Below, in pieces: positions 33,583 to 44,205 of a stretch of DNA of 64,000 nt. Position 1 is the first letter of the stretch. Each line of letters begins with the position of its first letter. The stretch comes from an uncultured Cytophagia bacterium (lineage in GTDB: Bacteria > Zhuqueibacterota > Zhuqueibacteria > Residuimicrobiales > Krinioviventaceae): contig CAZSMC010000006.1 of the NCBI GenBank assembly GCA_964607755.1, positions 19,955 to 83,954 on the forward strand, given 5' to 3'. The notes under the pieces were generated by a model. It saw only the letters and a list, made by a program, of their open reading frames with translations. It ran no database searches and had not been told where the DNA came from. The position numbers and the translations under genes are program-made.

Positions 33583-35772
33583 TTATTTCACGACAAAACT
33601 ATCTTTAACCCATTGAGCCGCACCAAGATCGAGACTGCGCTGAATCGGCACCGAGCCGCCAATCATGACGTTGAATTCACCCTTTTCAATAATGCGTTTT
33701 CCATCATTATCAACGATCTGCATCAGTTCTGGTGTGATGGTAAACCTCACTTTTTTGCTCTCTCCCGGCCAGAGCTTAACACGCTTGAAATCTTTCAGCG
33801 ACATGTTCGGCACAGTCACCGAAGCGTCTACATCTGAAATATAGAGTTGCACAATCTCTTCGGCTTTGACCGAACCTGTATTTTTGATCGTCACAGTGGC
33901 TTTCACAGATTCGCCTTTTTTCACTGCTGATTCGAGTTCGAGATCGCTGTATTCGAATGTTGTGTAACTCAGACCAAATCCGAACGGAAACAGCGGCTCT
34001 TTTTCCATGTAACGATAAGTTCGCCCCGCCATGCTGTAATCTTCGTACGGCGGCAGATCGTCAACAGATTTCGGGAACGTTAACGGCAAACGACCGGAAG
34101 GAACCGCATCGCCAAAAATCACATCGGCAACGGCATTGCCGCCTTCCTGTCCCGGGTACCAGACAAACAGAAACGCATCGGCCATATCGTATACTTCGGG
34201 ACAGGCAATCGGACTGCCGCCGGTCATGACCACAACAAGTTTATTGGCTTTGCTGCGAATTTTTTTCAAAAAGTTCACTTGATTTTCAGGCAATCCGATT
34301 TGCTCGCGGTCACCTTTGTGCGGCGAGGCAATGGATTCACCTTCTTCCCCTTCCAGCAACTGGGAAATACCCAGGCAAGCAATAGTCACATCCGCATTTT
34401 CCGCTTCACCGGAAAACCAGTCAATGGGATTGACGTTCGGGCGGTCGAGCAAAGCACCCTGGCGATACATCACAGACGTGGCATCGCCGACTTTGCCGAC
34501 AACGCCTTCCATGATCGTGACCATGTTTTCATTCAAGCCATAATAATTCGCCAGTAACGCCTGCATGTGCGTGGCCAGCGGACCGGTTACGTACACCTTT
34601 TGCAAATCCTTGCGAACCGGTAAAAGATTACCTTTGTTCTTTAACAGCACAATCGATTTTTGCGCGGCTTTGCGGGCAAGATTGACATGCTCGTCGCAAG
34701 CGATCACTTCAGCGCCAATGTCATTAAAAGGCACCATTTCGGCTGGATCGAATAAACCGAGGCGGAAACGGGTTTCCAGCAATTCCTTTAAATTGCGGTC
34801 TACATCTTCCTCTGAGCAGAGCCCTTGATCCACTGCATCAATGATGTAAGGATAAGTGTTGCCACAATTCAGATTACAGCCGTTTTTCAGAGCCAAAGCC
34901 GCAGCTTCTGCTGGTGTTTCCACAACATTGTGGCCCTGGTAAAAATCGACAATTGCCCAACAGTCTGAGGTGAAATAACCGTCAAAATTCCACATACCAC
35001 GAAGCACCTCGCCCATCAAATAAGGGTGAGCGCAACAGGGATCGCCGTTGGTGCGATTGTAAGCGCCCATCACACCTTCCACTTTGGCTTCGGTGACCAG
35101 CGCTTCAAATGCGGGCAAATAAGTATCCCACATTTCACGCTTGCTAACAACAGCATCAAACTCGTGACGCAGACCTTCGGGACCGCTATGAACAGCATAA
35201 TGTTTGGCGCATCCGGCAGCCTGGAGATATTTTGGATGATTGCCTTGCAAACCCTTGACAAACGCCACACCAATGCGAGATGTCAAGAACGGATCTTCGC
35301 CGTAGGTCTCATGGCCGCGGCCCCAGCGGGGATCACGAAAAAGATTCACGTTTGGGCTCCAGAACGTCAGGCCCTGGTATTGTCCGCGATAACCTTCGGC
35401 AGAGCACAGATTGAATTTCGCCCGTCCTTCAATGCCAATAACGGATGCCACCTCGTGAATCAAATTTGGGTCCCAGGTTGCAGCCAGGCCAATAGCCTGC
35501 GGGAAAACGGTGGCGCGACCATTCCGGGCGACTCCGTGCAGACATTCACTCCACCAGTTATAGGCCGGAATATCCAGTCTCGGAATGGCTTCCGCATTGT
35601 AAATGAGCTGGCCAACTTTTTCTTCCAGCGTCAAGCGGGACACCAAATCATCAACCCGTTCCTCAAGCGGAAGATTGGGATTGCGGAACGGATATTCATA
35701 GGATTGCGCATAGACACTCCCTACCATTAAAATCACGACTAAAAACAAGAACGACCACAGCACTTCTTTCAT
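33583..35772 (-). CDS. Glycoside hydrolase family 3 beta-glucosidase/beta-xylosidase (BglX-like)
   Basis: 729 aa with a signal peptide. GH3 N- and C-terminal domains. Nucleophile context 'GYFTSDCWAI'. FN3-like C-terminal domain. Confidence 0.85.
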   Translation of the reverse strand: MKEVLWSFLFLVVILMVGSVYAQSYEYPFRNPNLPLEERVDDLVSRLTLEEKVGQLIYNAEAIPRLDIPAYNWWSECLHGVARNGRATVFPQAIGLAATWDPNLIHEVASVIGIEGRAKFNLCSAEGYRGQYQGLTFWSPNVNLFRDPRWGRGHETYGEDPFLTSRIGVAFVKGLQGNHPKYLQAAGCAKHYAVHSGPEGLRHEFDAVVSKREMWDTYLPAFEALVTEAKVEGVMGAYNRTNGDPCCAHPYLMGEVLRGMWNFDGYFTSDCWAIVDFYQGHNVVETPAEAAALALKNGCNLNCGNTYPYIIDAVDQGLCSEEDVDRNLKELLETRFRLGLFDPAEMVPFNDIGAEVIACDEHVNLARKAAQKSIVLLKNKGNLLPVRKDLQKVYVTGPLATHMQALLANYYGLNENMVTIMEGVVGKVGDATSVMYRQGALLDRPNVNPIDWFSGEAENADVTIACLGISQLLEGEEGESIASPHKGDREQIGLPENQVNFLKKIRSKANKLVVVMTGGSPIACPEVYDMADAFLFVWYPGQEGGNAVADVIFGDAVPSGRLPLTFPKSVDDLPPYEDYSMAGRTYRYMEKEPLFPFGFGLSYTTFEYSDLELESAVKKGESVKATVTIKNTGSVKAEEIVQLYISDVDASVTVPNMSLKDFKRVKLWPGESKKVRFTITPELMQIVDNDGKRIIEKGEFNVMIGGSVPIQRSLDLGAAQWVKDSFVVK

Positions 35773-35887
35773 CAGATATTCTCCTTTTTGTTAGTCAAAA
35801 TTCATTCTTAACCTATAAAATGAGCGATTTTCGTTAAAAAAGCAAACCAATTTTCGAAAAATTGTTTTGAATTCATTGTCAAAAATA

Positions 35888-37831
35888 TTATTCATACGGT
35901 ATCCAGACAGTCATCTCACCAATACCGCGATGCGCCCAGGCATAATAGGGAATTGCAGTAAACTTTACCTCAGCATTGCTATCTTTTCTTCGAGCTTTTC
36001 CGTGAACAACACAAACACCTTCTAATAATTCAGGATGAAATGTAGCGTGAAATTCGGCGTCATTATCCACATACAAATTTCGAACTCGACCGGAATGATC
36101 AACAGCTTCGGCGCAGTAGACAATCGGTCCGCGTTGCAACGCCATCTTTCTGCGATCGGCTCTGACTTTTTCATGGGCTATCACCTTGCGCACAGGCATG
36201 GGCAGATCGAGCTTAATCTCATCTCCGGGTGTCCATTCACGTTCTATCCGGGCATAGCCATTGATGATATTCAGGGGAATAGGTTCGCCGTTCATGGTTA
36301 ACAAGATCGGAGAATCGTAATCATCCACATATCGATACAGATCACTCGGTAGCTGGCGGTTTTGCGCCCAACCCGGAATGCGCAGAGCCATTGTAAACAC
36401 GGCAGGTTGTTCGGTTTGCACCGTTATTGAAATGTTCCCACTCCATGGATATTCTGTTTTTTGTTTGAATTGAATTTTTTGATCCTGGAAACTCATTTGA
36501 GTCTGGTTGCCGATATATAAATTTGTAAATACAGTATCGTCCCGAACTGCGTAGACATATCCGGGCACAGAAGGAATAATGCGGGACAAATTAGACGGAC
36601 AGCATGAACAGTCAAACCACTCTTTGCGTGTCAGGGCGCCCTGGTTAAAGGGCGTCTGGCCATCAAAAGCAAGGACATTTGGATAGAAAAATGTATTCCC
36701 TTCTAATGAGACACCGGCAAGTACATTGTTATACAAACTCTTTTCCAGCACATCGATATATTTTGCCTGGCCGGTGAGCAGAAACATGCGCTGATTCCAA
36801 AGCACGTTGGCAATGGCCGCGCACGTCTCGCAATATGACGCTTCGTTTGGCAATTCATAATTATCGCCAAAACTTTCGCCTTCGCGACTAGCGCCAATTC
36901 CCCCAATAATATAGAGCTTTTTAGCGACCACATTATTCCAAATGTGGTCGAGCGCTTTAATATAAGCTTGCTTTCCGGTAAGCGCCGCCACATCCGTCAT
37001 ACCGGCATAGAGATAGCCGGCACGTACCGCATGGCCGACTGCTTCGCTCTGTTCAACGACAGGTTTATGATCCTGAGAATAAGTCCCATATAACTCGTGC
37101 CCGGCGGCGTTCCCGCGCTGATCGAGAAAAAATGTGGCCAGGTCCAGGTACTTTTTGTTACCCGAAACACGATAAAGTTTAACCAGACCGATTTCAATCT
37201 CCTCATGTCCGGGTACGCCATGGTTGCCATTCGGACCAAATTCAGTAGCAATCAGATCGGCATTTTTTAAGGCCACATTCAGCAAGGAACGTTTTCCAGT
37301 TGCGCGATAGTGCGCCACAGCGGCTTCGTACAAATGTCCGGCATTGTACAGCTCATGCCCACCTTTCAGATCTGACCAACGATTTTCATCACCGGACCAG
37401 TCGGTAGGCGGCTTGTTCGGATTAATCGTCCGCCACGTCATTAAATAACCATCCTCTTCCTGGGCAGCCGCGATTTTGGCGATGACCTCATCTAAATATT
37501 TTTGCAACTCCGGATCGGGATGCACGCTCAATGAATAAGATGCGCCTTCGATAATTTTATAAACATCCGAATCGTCAAAAGGGAACGGAGACTGGAACTC
37601 TCCGTCCTGTAATCCCGCAGCAATGGCAAAATTATCAATGCGACCGGATTCTTTGCACTTTTTAAAAGCGGCCGGTATGGTCACCGTCCGATTGGTGTTC
37701 AGCCGTTCAGACCAAAACTGATCTGTTATCTGCACTTTTGTGAACGATACAGGTTGAATTGGATAATCATGTCGATGGCTTGAACAGGAGAGCACCAAAA
37801 AAACACAAATACATAAACTAATAACCCGCAT
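35888..37831 (-). CDS. Glycoside hydrolase family 127 (DUF1680, beta-L-arabinofuranosidase HypBA1-like) lipoprotein
   Basis: Start at 'MRVISLCICVFLVLSCSS' (AGGAGG RBS), not the upstream ATG. 'HELYNAGHLYEAAVAHY'. Cys-containing 'ETCAAIANV'. Confidence 0.75.
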   Translation of the reverse strand: MRVISLCICVFLVLSCSSHRHDYPIQPVSFTKVQITDQFWSERLNTNRTVTIPAAFKKCKESGRIDNFAIAAGLQDGEFQSPFPFDDSDVYKIIEGASYSLSVHPDPELQKYLDEVIAKIAAAQEEDGYLMTWRTINPNKPPTDWSGDENRWSDLKGGHELYNAGHLYEAAVAHYRATGKRSLLNVALKNADLIATEFGPNGNHGVPGHEEIEIGLVKLYRVSGNKKYLDLATFFLDQRGNAAGHELYGTYSQDHKPVVEQSEAVGHAVRAGYLYAGMTDVAALTGKQAYIKALDHIWNNVVAKKLYIIGGIGASREGESFGDNYELPNEASYCETCAAIANVLWNQRMFLLTGQAKYIDVLEKSLYNNVLAGVSLEGNTFFYPNVLAFDGQTPFNQGALTRKEWFDCSCCPSNLSRIIPSVPGYVYAVRDDTVFTNLYIGNQTQMSFQDQKIQFKQKTEYPWSGNISITVQTEQPAVFTMALRIPGWAQNRQLPSDLYRYVDDYDSPILLTMNGEPIPLNIINGYARIEREWTPGDEIKLDLPMPVRKVIAHEKVRADRRKMALQRGPIVYCAEAVDHSGRVRNLYVDNDAEFHATFHPELLEGVCVVHGKARRKDSNAEVKFTAIPYYAWAHRGIGEMTVWIPYE

Positions 37832-38469
37832 TTTTCCTCCTAAAGTTTTATTCATTTTATCTTATTCAACCACACATCAATCCGGCGCTGATACTGGAAA
37901 TCTTTTTGCAGGATACCCATTGCTCGTTGGTTATTGAACATTTACCTACAAAGTTTATTTAAAAAACGCAAACAAAATCCCCAACAACGCCCCTACCTGG
38001 CCAATCCAAAAGGTAAACATCCATTTGATGAGATCAGATCGCGTATGTTCAATTTTTGAGTCCAGGCGTTTTTCTACCTGTGCAATCGTCACATTAACTT
38101 TGCCAATTTATTCCGTAACGGTTTTTCAACAGACGCAATTTTTACCATTCGGCCCTCCTGTTTCAATAAACATGGATAAATTTAGCGAAATTTCAAGTAA
38201 ATGCAAGGAAAAAGTCGTTCTCTCGTATTCTGGAAGTAGAAGGATGTGCCAGTGGTACATAAAAGGCTGCATTATTGATTTTATTTCCTCTCAATATCAA
38301 TTATATGAACACATACTGATCATCGCGCTATCCTGCTATTGGAAAAAATTAATATTGATTTACATTATTGAATATATTATGTTAACAAACAAATAATAAT
38401 ACATGATGCTTGAGGCATTGCACTTTTGGTCCATTTCAATTAAAAGTAAATTTTTACGGAGAACCCCTT

Positions 38470-40035
38470 ATGCAACGGACAAAATCTTTAAACTCTTCCG
38501 GTTTTAAACTCGGCGGCTTACAGGCGAGTATTTTGGTTGTTTTGCGAATGCTTATCGGATGGCATTTTCTTTATGAGGGTCTGGTTAAACTAACAAATCC
38601 AGAGTGGACTTCGGTTGCTTTTTTAGCAGAATCAAAATGGCTGTTATCGGACTTTTTTCACTGGATTGTGGCGAACCCAGCTATTTTAGACATTGTCGAT
38701 GCGATGAATACTTGGGGACTCATTCTCATTGGCCTGGGATTGTTCCTGGGTGCGCTGACACGGGTTTCAGCAATTGCCGGAATCTTGTTGCTGGCGTTGT
38801 ATTATGTTGCCAATCCTCCGCTCATCGGCTTGTCCACAGGTATGCCAACAGAAGGCAATTATCTTTTTGTCGATAAAAATTTGATCGAAATGATGGCACT
38901 ACTCATCATTGCCCTGCTTCCTACAGGGCGTATCTTTGGCCTGGACGGTCTGTTTGCCAGCCTGATAAGAAAAGAAAATAAAAAAGCGCGGCAAGAAGCG
39001 GCAAAAAAAGAACAGCCGCAAACCGCTGCCAGTGCATCCCGACGGGCAGCGCTGAAGCACTTGGCAACCGTGCCTCTGCTCGGCGCTTTTGTTTACGCTT
39101 ATATAAGAAAACTGGGTTACGAAAGCTATGAAGAAAAACATCTTATGGACGCATCTGACCAGCGGATTGATTCTCAAACCGGCGCGACTGTAAAAACGTT
39201 TCAATTTTCCACGTTAAAAGATTTAAAAGGAACCCTGCCCAAAGGCAAAATCAAAGACCTCGAGGTGAGCCGTCTCTTCCTCGGTGGCAATTTAATTGGC
39301 GGGTGGGCCCATGCCCGTGATCTGATCTACGTTTCCAAACTGGTGAAATCTTATCACACAGACCGCAAAGTTTTTGATACGTTAAAAATGGCAGAACATT
39401 GTGGTATCACCACCCTGCTAACCAATCCTCAGCTTTCGCGCGTGATTAACGAATACTGGCGTAAGGAAAAAGGCACTATTCAATTCTTTTCAGACTGCGG
39501 TTACAAAGGCGATGCGATTGAAGGCGCAAAAATATCCATTGACTCCGGTGCTCACGCCTGCTATGTTCAGGGTGAAATCGGCGACCGCTGGGCGGCCGAA
39601 GGCCGGTTCTATGATATTGCCAGGACGCTGGACATAACACGTAACGCCGGTTTGCCTGCCGGCATCGGGGCGCACAAAATTGAAACTATCAAAGCTTGCG
39701 TTGAGCAGGGACTCAAGCCGGACTTTTGGGTTAAAACCCTGCATCACACAAATTACTGGTCGGCCATTCCGAAGGAAAAGAATGACAACATTTGGTGTGA
39801 AAAACCGCAGGAAACGATTCAGTTCATGGAAAATCTCCAAGAACCGTGGATTGCCTTTAAGGTTTTAGCTGCCGGTGCGATTCATCCGAATGAAGCCTTT
39901 CCGTACGCTCTCAAGAATGGCGTTGACTTTTTATGCGTCGGTATGTACGATTTTCAGATTGTCGAAGATGTGAATATCGCCTTGAACGCATTAAATAGCG
40001 ATTTGTCCGAACGCTCTCGTCCCTGGCGCGCGTGA
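38470..40035 (+). CDS. DoxX-family membrane domain fused to a ~330-aa C-terminal domain of unknown function
   Basis: Start at 'MQRTKSLN' (GGAGA RBS). Residues ~20-170 form four transmembrane helices of DoxX/DoxD type ('LRMLIGWHFLYEGLVKL'). A Lys/Ala-rich linker follows, then a soluble domain I cannot place. Confidence 0.5.
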   Translation: MQRTKSLNSSGFKLGGLQASILVVLRMLIGWHFLYEGLVKLTNPEWTSVAFLAESKWLLSDFFHWIVANPAILDIVDAMNTWGLILIGLGLFLGALTRVSAIAGILLLALYYVANPPLIGLSTGMPTEGNYLFVDKNLIEMMALLIIALLPTGRIFGLDGLFASLIRKENKKARQEAAKKEQPQTAASASRRAALKHLATVPLLGAFVYAYIRKLGYESYEEKHLMDASDQRIDSQTGATVKTFQFSTLKDLKGTLPKGKIKDLEVSRLFLGGNLIGGWAHARDLIYVSKLVKSYHTDRKVFDTLKMAEHCGITTLLTNPQLSRVINEYWRKEKGTIQFFSDCGYKGDAIEGAKISIDSGAHACYVQGEIGDRWAAEGRFYDIARTLDITRNAGLPAGIGAHKIETIKACVEQGLKPDFWVKTLHHTNYWSAIPKEKNDNIWCEKPQETIQFMENLQEPWIAFKVLAAGAIHPNEAFPYALKNGVDFLCVGMYDFQIVEDVNIALNALNSDLSERSRPWRA

Positions 40036-40314
40036 TTTTTATGGACCGCAAGAAATTTATTTTATGAATTTCTTGCGGTTCTCATTCCGACTTTCCACAA
40101 AATCGTTACACGATCATCAAATCAAAATCTGCCAAATCAAAATACAACTGTTTAGATTCAAGGCATTTTATCTTGCTGACAAATGAAAAGAATGTTCATT
40201 TTTCCAACAATTTCCCATCTCCTTACCTTTTCCCTTGATAAAATCATTAATTTCCTTAATTTTATAAAAGACAAATTTTAAATCATTCAAACAATGACAA
40301 ATGGAGTTGTGACG

Positions 40315-42105
40315 ATGAAAATGAATCTACCAGCAAAACGTCTTCGCGGTTCGATGCCCAGGGTTGGCATTCGACCCGTCATTGACGGACGTGAAAAAGG
40401 CGTTCGCGAATCTTTGGAGAATCAAACCATGGACATGGCAAAAGCGGCTGCCAAATTCATCTCTGATAATATTCGTCATTCCAACGGCCTGCCCGTGGAA
40501 TGTGTTATTGCCGACTCGACAATTGGCCGTGTCGCCGAAGCGGCTGAATGTGCAGAAAAATTCGCCCGCGCAGGTGTGGGCGTTTCACTCACTGTGACGC
40601 CCAGTTGGTGCTATGGCACCGAAGTCATGGACAGCGAGCCGTTGATTCCCAAGGCGGTTTGGGGATTTAACGGGACCGAACGCCCCGGAGCGGTTTATCT
40701 TGCTGCGGCGCTTGCCGGATACAGTCAACGGGGCTTGCCCGCTTTTGGTATCTATGGCCGTGATGTTCAGGATGCTGATGACAAATCCATCCCTAAAGAT
40801 GTGCAGGAAAAACTGTTGAAATTTGTCAAAGCCGGTTTAGCGGTTGCCGAGATGCGAGGCAAATCTTATCTGTCCATCGGTTCGGTTTCCATGGGCATTG
40901 CCGGTTCGATTGTTGACCAGGAATTTTTTCATGATTATCTGGGCATGCGCAGTGAATCTGTTGACATGTCCGAGCTCGTCCGCCGGATGGAAGAGGGCAT
41001 CTATGATCATGGTGAATTTGAGCGCGCTCTGAAATGGGTCAAAGAAAATTGCCAGGAAGGCATGGACCCAAACGATAATCCCAGTTCGCGCGAACGCAAG
41101 GATCAGGAATGGGAAATGGTTGTAAAAATGACGCTTATTGCCCGCGATCTAATGATCGGCAATCCAAATTTAAAAAACATTGGATTTGGTGAAGAATCAA
41201 TGGGCCACAATGCCATTGCCGCCGGATTTCAGGGACAACGTCAATGGACAGATCATTTTACGAATGGTGATTTTATGGAAGCCATGCTGAATTCATCTTT
41301 CGATTGGAACGGCATCCGCGAGCCGTTCATTTTTGCGACGGAAAACGACGCTCTCAACGGCGTTTCCATGCTTTTCGGTCATTTGCTGACAGACACTGCA
41401 CAAATCTTTTCCGATGTGCGAACCTACTGGAGCCCTGCCGCTGTCGAACGCGTGACCGGCAAAAAATTGACTGGCAAAGCGGAACACGGCATCATTCACT
41501 TGATCAACTCGGGATCGACAACACTCGATGGCACCGGCCGTCAAAAAGCTAATGGTCAATCCGTGATGAAACCGTTTTGGGATATTACTCCGGAGGAAGT
41601 TAAGAATTGTCTGAAAGCGACAAGATGGTGCCCGGCAGAATTGGAATATTTCCGCGGCGGCGGATTTTCCTCGCAATTCAAAACAAAAGGTGAAATGCCA
41701 GTGACTATGTCACGCATTAATCTGATTAAAGGACTGGGTCCCGTACTACAGATCGCTGAAGGTTATACTATTGACCTGCCGGAAGACATTCATAAAAAAC
41801 TGGATGAGCGGACGAACCCAACCTGGCCGACCACATGGTTTACGCCGAAATTGACAGGAGAAGGTGCGTTCCAGGATGTGTACACAGTGATGGCCAATTG
41901 GGGTGCCAATCATGGCGCCATTAGTTACGGACATATCGGTGATTTACTCATCACACTGGCTTCGATCGTACGCATTCCGGTATGCATGCACAATGTTGAA
42001 AAGAACCGGATTTTCCGGCCCAGCACCTGGTCTGCTTTTGGGACTCAAGAAAGTGAAGGTGCGGATTACCGCGCTTGCCGGAATTTTGGCCCGTTGTACT
42101 GGTAA
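40315..42105 (+). CDS. fucI: L-fucose isomerase
   Basis: '[48 protein letters not shown]...' matches E. coli FucI '[36 protein letters not shown]'. About 597 aa. Confidence 0.85.
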   Translation: MKMNLPAKRLRGSMPRVGIRPVIDGREKGVRESLENQTMDMAKAAAKFISDNIRHSNGLPVECVIADSTIGRVAEAAECAEKFARAGVGVSLTVTPSWCYGTEVMDSEPLIPKAVWGFNGTERPGAVYLAAALAGYSQRGLPAFGIYGRDVQDADDKSIPKDVQEKLLKFVKAGLAVAEMRGKSYLSIGSVSMGIAGSIVDQEFFHDYLGMRSESVDMSELVRRMEEGIYDHGEFERALKWVKENCQEGMDPNDNPSSRERKDQEWEMVVKMTLIARDLMIGNPNLKNIGFGEESMGHNAIAAGFQGQRQWTDHFTNGDFMEAMLNSSFDWNGIREPFIFATENDALNGVSMLFGHLLTDTAQIFSDVRTYWSPAAVERVTGKKLTGKAEHGIIHLINSGSTTLDGTGRQKANGQSVMKPFWDITPEEVKNCLKATRWCPAELEYFRGGGFSSQFKTKGEMPVTMSRINLIKGLGPVLQIAEGYTIDLPEDIHKKLDERTNPTWPTTWFTPKLTGEGAFQDVYTVMANWGANHGAISYGHIGDLLITLASIVRIPVCMHNVEKNRIFRPSTWSAFGTQESEGADYRACRNFGPLYW

Positions 42106-42265
42106 AAGAAAAGTTGTACTAAAACTAATTTGCCCGTGAAACACACGAAAATTTTATCATGTTTTTATCGTTCTGATCACTGTGATTTGAGATTTATTTG
42201 AATTTTGGGATTTGGTTTTTGTTATTTTTAATAAGAGAAAATTACTTTATGTAGAGGTTTTAACT

Positions 42266-43429
42266 GTGGCAGAAAAATTAAAAATCGGTGTGCTTTTTGG
42301 CGGACGGTCTACTGAACATCAGGTTTCGCTGGTGTCAGCAAGTTCGGTCATGTCTGCTCTTGATGCCCAAAAATATGACATCCTGCCTATCGGCATCACA
42401 CTCAAGGGACAATGGCTTTCTGGCAAAGACGTGATGACTTTTTTGAAAACAGGTTCAGGACCGCAACCGGAGCATGTCTTCTTGCCGGCAGATCCCACTG
42501 AAAAACAGCTCCTGACTGTGAGCCGCGGACTGGCAGCAAAAGTGGATGTGATCTTTCCGGTACTGCACGGCTCTTTTGGAGAGGACGGAACTATCCAGGG
42601 TTTGCTCGAGCTTGCTGATGTGCCGTACGTCGGTGCCGGTGTGTTAGGTTCTGCCGTTTGTATGGACAAAATCGTACAAAAACAGGTGTGTCTGCAAGCC
42701 GGACTGCCAACAGTCCCCTATAAATGGTTTCACCGCATTGACTGGCAAAATCAGCATAATCTAAAAAATTCCCTCCTCCTGCAAGAACAGATCGGTTCAG
42801 CCTCACATGAAGAAATGTTAAAGCACATAGCTAATGCTCTCGATTTCCCGGTATTTGTCAAGCCTGCATCATTAGGCTCGAGTGTGGGCATCACCAAAGC
42901 AAAAAACATTATTGAATTGCATAGCGGCATCGAACAGGCAGTGCAGTATGACCGCAAAGTGCTCGTTGAAGCGGCGGTCAATAATGCTCGCGAAATCGAA
43001 GTTTCGGTTCTTGGCAACGAACACCCCAAAACCACGGTACCCGGGGAAGTGATTCCGTCAAATGAGTTTTACGATTATAATGCCAAATATGTGGATGGGG
43101 CATCGGATTTAAAAATTCCTGCAGAGCTGCCTGAATCTCTGACAACGGAAATTCAAAATGCGGCGATAAAAGGCGTTATAGCATCCGGAGTAGAGGGCAT
43201 GGCGCGGGTTGATTTTCTTGTTAACAGTGAAACGAATGAATTTGTTCTGAATGAAATCAACACCATTCCAGGATTTACCGCAATCAGCATGTACCCGAAA
43301 TTGTGGCAAGCATCCGGGATGTCTTATTCACAATTGCTGGATGAATTGATTAATCTGGCGCTGGAACGGTATAAACAGCGCGCCTCGCTCAACACAAGTT
43401 TCAAACCCAAAGAAAAATGGTATCGATAG
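42266..43429 (+). CDS. ddl: D-alanine--D-alanine ligase
   Basis: Probable GTG start ('VAEKLKIGVLFGGRSTEHQVSL'). ATP-grasp motifs 'HGSFGEDGTIQGLLEL', 'KPASLGSSVGI', 'EINTIPG'. Confidence 0.75.
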   Translation: MAEKLKIGVLFGGRSTEHQVSLVSASSVMSALDAQKYDILPIGITLKGQWLSGKDVMTFLKTGSGPQPEHVFLPADPTEKQLLTVSRGLAAKVDVIFPVLHGSFGEDGTIQGLLELADVPYVGAGVLGSAVCMDKIVQKQVCLQAGLPTVPYKWFHRIDWQNQHNLKNSLLLQEQIGSASHEEMLKHIANALDFPVFVKPASLGSSVGITKAKNIIELHSGIEQAVQYDRKVLVEAAVNNAREIEVSVLGNEHPKTTVPGEVIPSNEFYDYNAKYVDGASDLKIPAELPESLTTEIQNAAIKGVIASGVEGMARVDFLVNSETNEFVLNEINTIPGFTAISMYPKLWQASGMSYSQLLDELINLALERYKQRASLNTSFKPKEKWYR

Positions 43430-43432
43430 TCT

Positions 43433-44191
43433 ATGGGTAACTCTACGTCATTCATCTGGGGAATTCGTCCGGTGCAGGAATGGCTCGATAGCAAATTGCC
43501 AATAAAGTGCCTCTATGTGTCCCGGGATGCAAGCGGGAAATCCATACAAACTTTACTCTCAATAGCTGAGAAACGCGGCGTGCCTGTCAAACGGGCAGCG
43601 CCTCAACATCTCGAACAATTATCCGGTACCCGCAAGCATCAGAACATTGTCGCCAAAGTCAAGCTGCCCGGATATGTGAACTTTTCTGATCTGTTAAAAC
43701 ATGCATTGGAACAGAATGAGCCACCGCTCATAGCCATACTTGATAATGTGCAAGACCCGCACAATTTGGGCGCTATCCTGCGCTCTGCAGATGCAGCAGG
43801 TTTTCATGGCGTCATTATTCCCCGCGACAAGGCGGCAGGTTTGACCGCAACTGTGATTAAAACCTCGGCAGGCGCCTCGGCCCACGTCCCGATTGCACGG
43901 GTGACTAATATCGCCCGAACCGTTGAAACACTCAAAAAGGAAGGTTTTTGGATTACCGGTACATCTCAGGACAGTGAACGCGATTACCACGATGTCGATT
44001 TCAATGGTCCAAGCGCTATTGTTATGGGCAGCGAAGGCACAGGCATGCGGCGACTGGTTCGCGAAAAATGTGACTTTCTGGTTTGCATTCCCATGTACGG
44101 ACATGTGAATTCACTGAACGTTTCGGTGGCTGCCGGTCTGATGTTTTTCACAGCTCGCCACCAGCGACAACAGCAAAAACATGAGCCTTAA
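43433..44191 (+). CDS. rlmB: 23S rRNA (guanosine-2'-O)-methyltransferase, SpoU/TrmH family
   Basis: 'ILDNVQDPHNLGAILRSADAAGFHGVIIP', 'IVMGSEGTGMR', 'IPMYGHVNSLNVSVAAG'. Confidence 0.8.
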   Translation: MGNSTSFIWGIRPVQEWLDSKLPIKCLYVSRDASGKSIQTLLSIAEKRGVPVKRAAPQHLEQLSGTRKHQNIVAKVKLPGYVNFSDLLKHALEQNEPPLIAILDNVQDPHNLGAILRSADAAGFHGVIIPRDKAAGLTATVIKTSAGASAHVPIARVTNIARTVETLKKEGFWITGTSQDSERDYHDVDFNGPSAIVMGSEGTGMRRLVREKCDFLVCIPMYGHVNSLNVSVAAGLMFFTARHQRQQQKHEP

Positions 44192-44205
44192 CTCTCGGGA
44201 TAAAT

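Noticed and set aside
35026-35730. 234-aa plus-strand ORF
   Set aside because: It is antisense within the GH3 gene and has no independent support.
38025-38396. 123-aa plus-strand ORF in the GH127/DoxX intergenic region
   Set aside because: It has an Ile/Tyr/Leu low-complexity C-terminus and no RBS. The region is a divergent AT-rich promoter.
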